Source of the DNA: Candidatus Lindowbacteria bacterium RIFCSPLOWO2_12_FULL_62_27
Lineage (GTDB): Bacteria > Lindowbacteria > 2-12-FULL-62-27
DNA: 49,605 bases
Assembly (NCBI GenBank): GCA_001784175.1
Contig: MFPR01000023.1
Span: 1 to 49,605 of the forward strand
Reading direction: 5' to 3'
This document shows, piece by piece, positions 29,615 through 38,650 of the stretch; the stretch's first letter is position 1, and every line of letters starts with the position of its first letter. The notes under the pieces were generated by a model. The model was given only the letters and a program-made list of their open reading frames with translations. It searched no databases and was not told where the DNA came from. The translations under genes were made by a program, and so were the position numbers.

Positions 29615-31294
29615 TTACAGGACCTCGTAAATCTGAACCGGCTCAGCCACATTTTTCACCCGGATCGGATCAAGCTTTTTGGACGGGAAAATATCCTTGA
29701 TCTCCTGGTAGGTCGACTCGGAGACGAGGATCTGGCTCGCGGCGGCGTTGGCGCAGAGCCTGGAGGCGAGGTTGCAGGCGGCGCCGATGACGGTGTAGTT
29801 CCGGCGGTTGTCGGACCCCATGTTGCCGGCGACGACGCGGCCGGTGTTGATGCCGATGCCCATCCGGATCTCGAATTCGCCGCGCCCGGCGCGCTCCTCG
29901 TTGAATTTCTTCAGCGCCTCCCGTTTCTTGACGCCCGCTCGCACCGCGCGTTCGGCGTCGTCCGCGTGCGCGACAGGCGCGCCAAACAGCGCCATGATTT
30001 CGTCCCCGACGAACTTGTCGACCACCCCGCCCTCCTCGTCGATGCAGATGGCCATGCGGGTCATGTATTCGTTCAGCATGGTGATGACCTGATGGGGCGT
30101 CAATTTTTCCGAGAGCGCCGTAAATCCGCGGAGGTCCGAAAACAGCATGGTGACCTTGCGCTCCTCGCCGCCGAGGGCCCCGCTCTTGAGCATCGCCTCG
30201 GCGATTTCCTTGCCCAGTCCCATGTGGAGCACCGACTGCATTTTTTCCTTTTCCTCGAGGTCCGCGATCATCTCATTGAAGGACGCGGCGAGGTCGCCGA
30301 GTTCGTCCGGAAAGCGCTGGACCACCCGGATCCGGTGTTTGAAATCACAGGCCTCGACTGCCTTGGTCCCCTGCACCAGCGCGCGGATCGGGCGGGTCTG
30401 GCCACGGGCAATCAGATACGAAACAACAATGCTGAAGAGGAGTCCAACGGCTGCGGCCAGCGTGATGCCATTTTTAATGGGCTGGAGACTTTCATGCAGG
30501 ACAGCATCCTTGGAACTCAGAAACAGCATTCCAACCTCCACGCCGGGCAGCACGTAGAATCCACACCGGTGCGTTTCTCCGCGCAAGGACACATCCTGGG
30601 TCGAGCCGTCCCGAAGATCGCTTGTCTCGAGTGATTTCTCCAACAGGGTTCGTTCGCGGCTGTGAAGCGTCGACGCCATCAGCCGGCGGCCATGGGTAAA
30701 CGCGACTTCCATCGAAGATATTCTGCGGATCTCGTCGGCGATGTCCTCGTTGATGTGTCGGCCGGCCAGGAGGATCGCGTTGAGGGAGCGCTGGTCATCG
30801 GCCGCCGAAAACACCGGTACGGCGGCCACCATGACCAGGGCCGAGTCGATCACCTGCACACCCCACGTCCGCCTGGCTTTGAGCGCTTCCTGAATCACCG
30901 GCCAGTCTCGAATGGTCTGACCGGCCGCCTGCGGCTGGTCGGCCCAGTACTGGATCCGGCCTTCTCCATTGGACACAATCAACACATCGCTTCCGAGGGC
31001 GTCCTTGAAATCGCTGAACGAAAACTGGATCGTGGCGTAATCGACGTCGGGCGTTTCCAGGAGCGGCCGAATCTGCGGCGCCTTGGCGATCACCTGAACT
31101 TTGTCGCCCAGCGTATCGAGCCGGAGTTTCAACAGACTCCGGGCGGCATCGCGACCTTCATTGAAGTCGACGGCGAATTTCGCCTCCACGGCCTTGAGCG
31201 CTTCGTTGTACAGGTAATAGAAGGCGCCGCCGAGCACACCGGACAGAACGAGGACGAAAAACAACAGAAACTTGAGCTGAACGGTCAGCCGCAT
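29615..31294 (-). CDS. Membrane class III adenylate cyclase (TM-Cache-like-TM-HAMP-cyclase)
   Basis: Two TM helices, HAMP (RPI..L..DELGDLA.SFN.M), LFSDLRGFT, DKFVGD (Lys suggests ATP specificity), GIGINTG, YTVIG..NLASRL. Confidence 0.92.
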   Translation of the reverse strand: MRLTVQLKFLLFFVLVLSGVLGGAFYYLYNEALKAVEAKFAVDFNEGRDAARSLLKLRLDTLGDKVQVIAKAPQIRPLLETPDVDYATIQFSFSDFKDALGSDVLIVSNGEGRIQYWADQPQAAGQTIRDWPVIQEALKARRTWGVQVIDSALVMVAAVPVFSAADDQRSLNAILLAGRHINEDIADEIRRISSMEVAFTHGRRLMASTLHSRERTLLEKSLETSDLRDGSTQDVSLRGETHRCGFYVLPGVEVGMLFLSSKDAVLHESLQPIKNGITLAAAVGLLFSIVVSYLIARGQTRPIRALVQGTKAVEACDFKHRIRVVQRFPDELGDLAASFNEMIADLEEKEKMQSVLHMGLGKEIAEAMLKSGALGGEERKVTMLFSDLRGFTALSEKLTPHQVITMLNEYMTRMAICIDEEGGVVDKFVGDEIMALFGAPVAHADDAERAVRAGVKKREALKKFNEERAGRGEFEIRMGIGINTGRVVAGNMGSDNRRNYTVIGAACNLASRLCANAAASQILVSESTYQEIKDIFPSKKLDPIRVKNVAEPVQIYEVL

Positions 31295-31315
31295 GGGAGG
31301 CCGAAGGCGGCCCGA

Positions 31316-32020
31316 CTACTCGACGACCGGCAGATTCAAAACGCCCAGCGTCAGTTCCGCCTTCACTTCCTGGGCGTCGTCGGAGATTTCTATGTCTGTC
31401 GCGCTTTCCGGGAACCGCTCGTGCCATGCCACCAATCGGCGCCGGCCGGCGGGCACGCCCAGAATTTTAAAATTGCCTTTCTGGTCCGTCACGGTGAAAT
31501 AGGGATTCTGGAGAACGAGGATATCGGCTTTCATGGTCCGGTGGATGGAGCAGTAAACCGTGATCTGCCCGACCTGGCCGAAGGTGACGGATTTGGTGGC
31601 GCCGGATTTGTAGAGTCCGAGGTCGAAAGGCCTGACCTTGCTGAACGAGAAAACGTTGTGAAAGACCTTGTCGACGTTCGGAAAATCGACCGTGGTGCCG
31701 GCGAGGACCGGCAGGACGGCCGGATGGAAGGTGGCGTTTTTTTGCGTGACCTTGGGATTCTCGGCCGGCGGCTGAAATTCGCCCTTGACTTCCTCGACAT
31801 AAACGACGACATCGACCGCGGCGGTCCTGTAATCCAGCCGCTCGACGCCCTGGACTTTGTAGAGGTCGTCGCTTTTCAGATTCTTCATCTGTTTCTGATA
31901 TTCCGCCTCGGAAAGCTTGGGCTGCGCGCGGACCACGCCGACGATGTCCGCTGATAGGGAAACGTGAGGAAAAAACAGAATAAACCACCAGACCAGAATA
32001 CTCCGCCGTCCGATTGTCAT
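31316..32020 (-). CDS. Exported cupredoxin-like / carboxypeptidase-regulatory-like domain protein
   Basis: Signal peptide from ATG 32020; F.P.VL.V..G..V.FPN.D...HNVFS and YCSIHRTM (His, Cys, His, Met ligand set); C-terminal G.F.I..VP.G..L.AWHE domain. Confidence 0.8.
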   Translation of the reverse strand: MTIGRRSILVWWFILFFPHVSLSADIVGVVRAQPKLSEAEYQKQMKNLKSDDLYKVQGVERLDYRTAAVDVVVYVEEVKGEFQPPAENPKVTQKNATFHPAVLPVLAGTTVDFPNVDKVFHNVFSFSKVRPFDLGLYKSGATKSVTFGQVGQITVYCSIHRTMKADILVLQNPYFTVTDQKGNFKILGVPAGRRRLVAWHERFPESATDIEISDDAQEVKAELTLGVLNLPVVE

Positions 32021-32097
32021 CGGGTTGAACTGAACTACCAATTCCGCACGCTGTCAATATCGTGAGACCGGCTGGGCGGGACCAGTCAAAGATGGAA

Positions 32098-32131
32098 CCC
32101 CCCACCCAGCCTCCCCCACAAGGGGGGAGGA
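32098..32131. repeat. GC-rich REP-like hairpin
   Basis: CCCCCCACCCAG-CCTCCCCC-ACAAG-GGGGGAGG in a divergent intergenic region. Confidence 0.6.
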
Positions 32132-32151
32132 GAGATGGCCATCGCTGCGTA

Positions 32152-32180
32152 TTGCTCCGATGGAACGCCGCTGTTAGCAT
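32152..32180 (+). promoter_or_regulatory. Extended -10 promoter, probably giving a leaderless pullulanase mRNA
   Basis: TTGCTC-17 nt-TAGCAT with TGn extension; ATG lies 7 nt after the -10; no SD. Confidence 0.55.
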
Positions 32181-32187
32181 TCCCCGC

Positions 32188-34770
32188 ATGAACTTCCTGG
32201 GCAGGCTCTTGGTCGCGGTGATCCTTGGCGGCGTGTGGCCGGGGGTGGTGCGGGCGGCCGACCTCACGGTGCATTACCATCGGCCGGAGGGCGACTATGA
32301 GGGGTGGTCGCTCTGGACGTGGGACGCGGAATCCAAAAAGAGTATCGAGATTCAAAGTTCCGCGCGGGACACGTTTGGGCTGGTGTTTGTTCTGGAGCGG
32401 GAATCGTACGGCGGCGCCGGGGGAATCGGACTTCTGCCGAAATTCCGAAATTGGGAAATGAAAGACGACCCGGACCGTTACTGGTTGCCAGACCTCGGAG
32501 ACCACGTTTATATTCTCTCGGCCGACAAATCCCTCTACGCCGCCATCCCTGATATGAGTCCGCGGGTCGTGAAGGCGATCGTGGAGGATACCGACCGCGT
32601 GCGGTTGGCGCTGTCCGTTGCGGCGCCGCCGGATCAGGTCACGGCGGACCGGGTATCGCTGCAAATGGCCGACGGTCAGAAGTTCCAAGCGACGGCGGTT
32701 CGATCGGACAAGAAGGCGGGGGTGCGCGTTAAAATTCTAGATGCGTTGTTTGACCGGCCCATTCCCTTGGAAATTCTGCCCGGCGCCACGGCAACCTTTG
32801 CCGATTACAAGCCCGGGCCGGTCGTGCCGGGAAAAGTCCTGGACCGGTTTTCCACCGATTTGCCGCTCGGCGCGCTCTACTCAGCCGGCCGCACTGTTTT
32901 CCGAACCTTCGCCCCAACGGCCATCGCGGTCAATGTCCGGCTGTACGATCTCCCCGTCGGCGGCGATCCCAAGGAGCACGCCATGAAATCGATCGGGCGG
33001 GGCGTCTGGGAGGCCACGGTCGAGGAGGATTGCCTGAACCGGTACTACACGTTTTTGGCCCGTCATCCGGAGGGCGAGTTCGAGGTCATCGATCCTTACT
33101 CGAAATGCAACACGGCGCACAACGGCCGCGGGTTGATTTTTGTGGATACGGCGAAGGTGTCGCCCGGGCCGACGTTCGACCCGAAGGACGCGATCATCTA
33201 CGAAATGCATATCCGGGACTTCACGATCGATCCGGCGTCTGGCGTTTCGGCGCTGTCTCGAGGGAAGTATACGGGCCCGGCCGAAGCCGGGACAAGATTA
33301 TCAGGCGATTCTGCGATCCTCACCGGCGTGGACCATCTCAAGGAACTCGGGATCAATGTGGTCCAGATCATGCCATTCCAGGATTTCGACAACAGCGAAG
33401 CCGGCGGAGAGTACAACTGGGGATATATGCCGTTTCATTTTTTCTCGCCCGACGGATGGTTCGCGTCCCGCCAGGACGACGCAAGCCGCGTGCGGGAGGT
33501 CAAACAGATGATCGACGGGTTCCATCGAAACGGTATCAAGGTGGTGATGGACGTCGTCTACAATCATACGGCCGAGGGGAATCCCAATATTCGAATGAGT
33601 TTCAATGGGTTGGCGCCAGGATACTACTACAGGCTCCGGGAGGACGGGTCTTATTGGAACGGATCGGGCTGCGGGAACGAGTTTCGGACCGAGTCTCCGA
33701 TGGGGCGTATATATATACTAGTATGTATAGAACACTGGATGACCGAATACGGCATCGACGGGCTGCGGTTCGATTTAATGGGCTTGATCGATCTCGAAAC
33801 CGTCAAACAGATCGTGGCGCTTGCGCGGAGAATCAACCCCGACGCGTTGATTTACGGCGAGCCTTGGGCCGGCGGAGCCACGGGGGTGGACAAGACGGAG
33901 AAAGGCGACCAGCGCGGTCTGGGGTTTTCAGTCTTCAACGACCATTTCCGGGACGCGATCAAGGGAAGCACGTTTTCGAACGATCCGGGGTTTGTTCAGG
34001 ACGGCCGGGCTCCTGGCAAGATCAAGAAGGGAATCAAAGGCAGCATCGACGATTTCGCCCTATCTCCGATCGAGTCGATCAACTACGTGGAGGCCCACGA
34101 CAACCACACGCTGTGGGACCGGCTGAACAACACGACGCGCGCCCGGCCCGATGTTTCGAGGGAGGACCGGGTCAAGATGGACAAACTGGCCGCGGCGCTG
34201 GTCCTGACCTCCCAGGGCATTCCGTTTTTGCACGCCGGACAGGAAATGCTCAGGACCAAGGAGGGCGAGGACAACACCTACAACAAACCCGATACGATCA
34301 ACCAGATTCACTGGCGGTGGAAGAAGGAAAACAGGGAGGTCTTCGATTATTATCGCGGTCTCATTCAGCTTCGCCGAAAACATCCGATGTTCCGCATGGC
34401 GACCGCCGACTCTGTGCGCCGCAACCTATTATTTCTGGACGATGATCTCGGGATTGCGGTTCCCGCCAAAACGGTCGGCTATGTCCTGCACCGGGGCGAA
34501 AGCGGGGACGAATGGCAGAACGCGCTCGTGGTGTTCAACGCCAATGCCGGAGACACCGACGTAACGGTTCCCGCCTCCGCGTGGCAGCCGGCCGGCGTCG
34601 GAGACGCCGGCACTTGGGGCGCCGGAGGCGCTGACCCGGCCGTCGCCGTCGCCGGCGCGTCGCCGGGATCAGCGGTCGATTCGTCCACGATCCGCGTGGC
34701 CGGCCGGAGCGCCGCTATTTTTTTCAACACGGACGAAACGTTTTTCGAACGCGCCACCCGGCGGCGCTGA
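32188..34770 (+). CDS. pulA: Secreted type I pullulanase (CBM41-like + CBM48 + GH13)
   Basis: Signal peptide MNFLGRLLVAVILGGVWPGVVRA; VHYHR..GDY.GW.LWTW; YNWGY; MDVVYNH; DGLRFDLM; YGEPW; NYVEAHDN; SQGIPFLHAGQE. Confidence 0.92.
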   Translation: MNFLGRLLVAVILGGVWPGVVRAADLTVHYHRPEGDYEGWSLWTWDAESKKSIEIQSSARDTFGLVFVLERESYGGAGGIGLLPKFRNWEMKDDPDRYWLPDLGDHVYILSADKSLYAAIPDMSPRVVKAIVEDTDRVRLALSVAAPPDQVTADRVSLQMADGQKFQATAVRSDKKAGVRVKILDALFDRPIPLEILPGATATFADYKPGPVVPGKVLDRFSTDLPLGALYSAGRTVFRTFAPTAIAVNVRLYDLPVGGDPKEHAMKSIGRGVWEATVEEDCLNRYYTFLARHPEGEFEVIDPYSKCNTAHNGRGLIFVDTAKVSPGPTFDPKDAIIYEMHIRDFTIDPASGVSALSRGKYTGPAEAGTRLSGDSAILTGVDHLKELGINVVQIMPFQDFDNSEAGGEYNWGYMPFHFFSPDGWFASRQDDASRVREVKQMIDGFHRNGIKVVMDVVYNHTAEGNPNIRMSFNGLAPGYYYRLREDGSYWNGSGCGNEFRTESPMGRIYILVCIEHWMTEYGIDGLRFDLMGLIDLETVKQIVALARRINPDALIYGEPWAGGATGVDKTEKGDQRGLGFSVFNDHFRDAIKGSTFSNDPGFVQDGRAPGKIKKGIKGSIDDFALSPIESINYVEAHDNHTLWDRLNNTTRARPDVSREDRVKMDKLAAALVLTSQGIPFLHAGQEMLRTKEGEDNTYNKPDTINQIHWRWKKENREVFDYYRGLIQLRRKHPMFRMATADSVRRNLLFLDDDLGIAVPAKTVGYVLHRGESGDEWQNALVVFNANAGDTDVTVPASAWQPAGVGDAGTWGAGGADPAVAVAGASPGSAVDSSTIRVAGRSAAIFFNTDETFFERATRRR

Positions 34771-35401
34771 GCGCACGCCGCCATTCCACGCATTTGTTGC
34801 ACCGGCCGCACGGCCTGCAGCCGGCGCTCGGGCGGAGACAGGAGAAGCAGAGGGAGAGGGGAAGGTGGGCGAACCGGCGGATGAGCCGGCGTTTGGTGAG
34901 TCGCCGGAAAGGCGCCACGATTCGAATGCGCCGGCCGAGCGCCCGGGACGCAATGCGGGAGAAATCAGAAAAAAACTTCGGCGTTGCATCCGCGAAGGGG
35001 TTGGCCGAGAGCGTTCCGATCGCCAGCGTTCGAATTCCGGCCTGAGCACAGTAGACCGCGGTTTTCGACAGCATCAGCAGATTGCGTCCCGGCAGGTAAA
35101 CGGCCGAGTCGCGGCTTCGCGAACCCGGCACGCCCCTTCCGGACAGGCTCCAGTGATCGCCGTAGAGATCGCCGGCGGGCGCGCGGAGCATGACCGGTGG
35201 CAGGAGGTTGGGGCGCTTCAACGTCCGGACCCATCGCCGGAGGGCTTTCCATTCGCCCGGTTCCCACCGAAGGCCAAAGGAGACATAGAGGGGCCGGACG
35301 GCCCCGCGCGCGCGCCGGGCCGCCCATTCGAGGAGGCACGCGCTGTCCATGCCGCCGCTGGCGAGGACGGCCATGTCAGGCCGCCGGTTGAGTGCAGGCA
35401 T
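34724..35401 (-). CDS. queC: QueC-family ATPase (7-cyano-7-deazaguanine synthase-like)
   Basis: SGGMDS PP-loop, YLPGRN, CFSC...CGRCNKC Zn site; 3' end overlaps pullulanase by 47 nt. Confidence 0.75.
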   Translation of the reverse strand: MPALNRRPDMAVLASGGMDSACLLEWAARRARGAVRPLYVSFGLRWEPGEWKALRRWVRTLKRPNLLPPVMLRAPAGDLYGDHWSLSGRGVPGSRSRDSAVYLPGRNLLMLSKTAVYCAQAGIRTLAIGTLSANPFADATPKFFSDFSRIASRALGRRIRIVAPFRRLTKRRLIRRFAHLPLSLCFSCLRPSAGCRPCGRCNKCVEWRRALSAAGWRVRKTFRPC

Positions 35402-35455
35402 CTATTTCAGATTGCCCTATTGCGCAAACCGCTGTCAATCTGTTAGGGAGGCACA

Positions 35456-36079
35456 ATGATTTTCGTAACGGATTTGGAGGGCGTGTTGATCCCGGAGATC
35501 TGGGTGGAGATTGCGGAGAAGACGGGGATTCCCGATCTGCGGTTGACGACGCACGAAGTCGAAGATTTCGAGGAACTGATGTTGATGCGGATTCGCGCGC
35601 TGGCCAAGCACCGGCTTCGCCTGGAGGACATCGTCCGGATCGCCGAAAACGTGATGCCGTTTCCCGGCGCCAACGAATATCTCTCGTGGCTCCGGAAGAA
35701 GGGCCCGATCTTGATTTTGTCCGACACGTTCACCGAGCTGGCCAACGACGTGACGATGCGTCTCGGCGGATTCCCCCTCTTCGCCAACCGATTCAAGGCC
35801 GACGCCCGGGGCAAAATCGTCGGCTATCATCTGCGGATCCGCGGCCGGAAGGACCGCGTCGTCACGGCGCTTCGCGACATCGGCTACACCCTCGTGGCGG
35901 TCGGCGATGGATATAACGACATTTCCATGCTACACACAGCGCATTATCCGATCCTGTTCAATCCCGCGAAAGGTCTGGCCAAAAAACTGGTCGGGCATCC
36001 GCCGATCGTGAAGGACTTTGTGCAATTGAAGAAGGAAATAGAGAAAATAGAAGAGAAGAAAGAGGAAAATGATATTTAA
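35456..36079 (+). CDS. thrH: Phosphoserine phosphatase / homoserine phosphotransferase
   Basis: DLEGVL.PEIW..AEKTGI..L..TT, ILSDTF, GD.YND.SML; SD GGGAGG. Confidence 0.93.
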   Translation: MIFVTDLEGVLIPEIWVEIAEKTGIPDLRLTTHEVEDFEELMLMRIRALAKHRLRLEDIVRIAENVMPFPGANEYLSWLRKKGPILILSDTFTELANDVTMRLGGFPLFANRFKADARGKIVGYHLRIRGRKDRVVTALRDIGYTLVAVGDGYNDISMLHTAHYPILFNPAKGLAKKLVGHPPIVKDFVQLKKEIEKIEEKKEENDI

Positions 36080-38279
36080 CCAACTGCAGATCCGAAGCGT
36101 CACTCTTTCCGACTGCAATATCCCGCCTCCCTTCGCGCGGCTCCAAGAGCTGGCCTACAACCTCTGGTGGTCGTGGTCCGCAGAGGCCCGCCGGCTCTTC
36201 AGCCACATTCATCCCGTCCTCTGGAACCTCTACCGCAATCCGGTCGAGCTTCTGATCAACGTCGACCGCGAGCAGTGGAACGCGCTTCAGCAGAGCGATG
36301 ATTTTCTGAGCCAGTATCAGAAGGTGATCCGGGCCTTTGACCGGTACATGAGCGCCGACCGGTCGACGTGGTTCGGGGAGCGGTTTCCGAACTACGCCGG
36401 CAGCCCGGTCGTGTATTTTTGCAGCGAATTTGGATTTAGCGAATCGGTTCATCTGTACTGCGGGGGTCTGGGCATTCTGGCCGGGGACACCTGCAAATCG
36501 ATGGACCATCTGGGCGTGCCCCTCGTGGCGGTGGGCCTGATGTACCGGTGCGGGTATTTCGAGCAGGTCGTGGACATGGACGGGTCGCAGCATCACATTT
36601 ACCGGACGCACGATTTTTCTAGATTTCCCGTGAGCCTCGTGCAAACCCAGGCCGGCCGGGAGCTGCTGATCAAGGTGCCGCTCGGCGACCGTGACATCCA
36701 TTGCCGCGTGTGGAAGGTCCAGGTGGGCCGGGTGCCGGTGCTGCTTCTGGACACGGACGTATTGCAAAACGATCCGTCGGACCGGCCGATCACGAGCCAG
36801 CTTTACGTGACGGGCCGTGAGATGCGGCTGTGCCAGGAGATCGTGCTGGGCATCGGCGGCGTGCGGCTTCTGCAGGAACTCGGAATCACGCCGGCGCTGT
36901 GGCACATGAACGAGGGTCACTCGGTGTTTCTGGCGGTCGAGCGGATCCGGCAGATGATGGAGTCGACGGGATGCTCGCTGGAGGACGCCTGGAAGGACGC
37001 GCGCGCCACCACCGTGTTCACGATTCACACGCCGGTCATGGCCGGCCACGAGGCGTTCGATCTGGAACTCGTCAAAAAATATTTCGGCCTGGAAAAGGCG
37101 CGGCTTGGCCTTTCGATGGAGGATTTTCTCCGGCTGGGATTCGCCTTTCCGGACCGCCCGGAACGCCAGCCGTTCAGCCTGACGGCCCTGGCGATCCGCC
37201 TGTCCTCCGTGGCCAATGGAGTCAGCCGGCTTCACGGGGAAGTCACGCAGAAGACGTGGGGCCATCTGAGGGTCCTGGCGACCGAAGACAACAACGCGCG
37301 CATCGATTCCGTCACGAACGGCGTCCACGTCATGACGTGGCTCGGAACCGACATTCAGGATCTGTACGAGCAATACATAGGACTGGACTGGCCGAATTTC
37401 TGGAAGAACCCCGACGAGTGGCGGCGCCTGATCCAGGCGCTGCCGGACCAGGAATTGTGGGAGGCGCACGAGGCGCAAAAGGCGCGGCTCATGTCGTTTC
37501 TCAAGAAGCGGCTCCTGACCATGTATTCGCGCCACGGCAACAGCCCGGACGAGCTTCGTCGGTGGCAGGCGATGGTGGATCCCAAGTCGCTGTGGATCGG
37601 ATTTGCGCGGCGGTTCGCCGCCTACAAGCGCGCGGGACTGATCTTCTCCGATTTTCAGAGGCTCCGCGCGATCTGCACGAACCCCGACCGGCCGGTCCGC
37701 ATTGTGTTTTCGGGGAAGGCGCATCCGAGCGACCGGGAGGGGCAGGACCTCATCCGGCATCTTTTTGGGATCGTCCAGAACTCGGAACTGAAGGGACACA
37801 TCTTTTTCCTGGAAAATTACGACATGTACGTCGCCCGGCGGCTGGTCCAGGGCATTGACGTCTGGCTCAACAACCCGGTCCGGCCAATGGAGGCTTCGGG
37901 GACGAGCGGGATCAAGGCCGCGATCAACGGCGTGATGAACGTCAGCATCCCGGACGGCTGGTGGTGCGAAGGTTTCAACGGCGAAAACGGCTGGCAGGTC
38001 GGCGACGGCACGGTGTTCGGCGATCCCGGCCACCAGGCGTGGGTCGACGCCTGCGCGCTGTATGACATTCTGGAGAAGGAAGTGGTTCCGGCCTTTTATG
38101 ACCGCGACGAGCGCGGCGTGCCGGCCAAGTGGGTGAAACGGATGAAATCAGCGCTCACGTCGATCACTCATGATTTTTCCGCGGCACGGATGGTGCGGGA
38201 CTACGTCGAAAAGATTTACGCGCAAACCGATATTTGGAAGGCGGAAGCGCCGCGCCGCGTCTCCGCCCGGATTGCCTGA
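36069..38279 (+). CDS. glgP: Alpha-glucan phosphorylase (GT35)
   Basis: LAYNLWWSW, EFG..Y.GGLGILAGD, HMNEGH, GFARRFA.YKR, GKAHP.D, DVWLNNP.RP.EASGTSG.K (PLP lysine). Confidence 0.96.
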   Translation: MIFNQLQIRSVTLSDCNIPPPFARLQELAYNLWWSWSAEARRLFSHIHPVLWNLYRNPVELLINVDREQWNALQQSDDFLSQYQKVIRAFDRYMSADRSTWFGERFPNYAGSPVVYFCSEFGFSESVHLYCGGLGILAGDTCKSMDHLGVPLVAVGLMYRCGYFEQVVDMDGSQHHIYRTHDFSRFPVSLVQTQAGRELLIKVPLGDRDIHCRVWKVQVGRVPVLLLDTDVLQNDPSDRPITSQLYVTGREMRLCQEIVLGIGGVRLLQELGITPALWHMNEGHSVFLAVERIRQMMESTGCSLEDAWKDARATTVFTIHTPVMAGHEAFDLELVKKYFGLEKARLGLSMEDFLRLGFAFPDRPERQPFSLTALAIRLSSVANGVSRLHGEVTQKTWGHLRVLATEDNNARIDSVTNGVHVMTWLGTDIQDLYEQYIGLDWPNFWKNPDEWRRLIQALPDQELWEAHEAQKARLMSFLKKRLLTMYSRHGNSPDELRRWQAMVDPKSLWIGFARRFAAYKRAGLIFSDFQRLRAICTNPDRPVRIVFSGKAHPSDREGQDLIRHLFGIVQNSELKGHIFFLENYDMYVARRLVQGIDVWLNNPVRPMEASGTSGIKAAINGVMNVSIPDGWWCEGFNGENGWQVGDGTVFGDPGHQAWVDACALYDILEKEVVPAFYDRDERGVPAKWVKRMKSALTSITHDFSAARMVRDYVEKIYAQTDIWKAEAPRRVSARIA

Positions 38280-38291
38280 TCCTGGGCGGCT

Positions 38292-38633
38292 TTAACCGAT
38301 CGCGATTCCTCCCGTTTCGCCGGTCCGGATCCGGATGCACTCCGGAAGGTCCAGCACGAAAATCTTGCCGTCGCCGATCTGACCCGTCCGCGCGCCGCCC
38401 ATGATGGCGTCGATGGTCGGCTTGACGAACGCCTCGTTCACGGCGATTTCCAGTTTCACCTTTTTCAGGAGGCTCCCGGCCTCCTTGTGGCTGCGGTACA
38501 CTTCCGAAATGCCCTTCTGACGTCCCCGCCCCAGGATATTCGAAACCGTGACAAGATGAATTTCCCTTTCCGTCAATCGGTCCAGCACCTCGTCCAGGCG
38601 GTCCGGCTGAATGACGGCCACGATGTATTTCAT
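38292..38633 (-). CDS. glnK: P-II nitrogen regulator (amt-linked)
   Basis: G.GRQKG, KVKLEI, TGQIGDGKIFV, IRIRTGE; directly downstream of amtB. Confidence 0.93.
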   Translation of the reverse strand: MKYIVAVIQPDRLDEVLDRLTEREIHLVTVSNILGRGRQKGISEVYRSHKEAGSLLKKVKLEIAVNEAFVKPTIDAIMGGARTGQIGDGKIFVLDLPECIRIRTGETGGIAIG

Positions 38634-38650
38634 GCCCGATTCGCCTCCTT

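Noticed and set aside
33704-33731. dif site
   Set aside because: Only a partial TATGT match to the XerD arm and a poor XerC arm.
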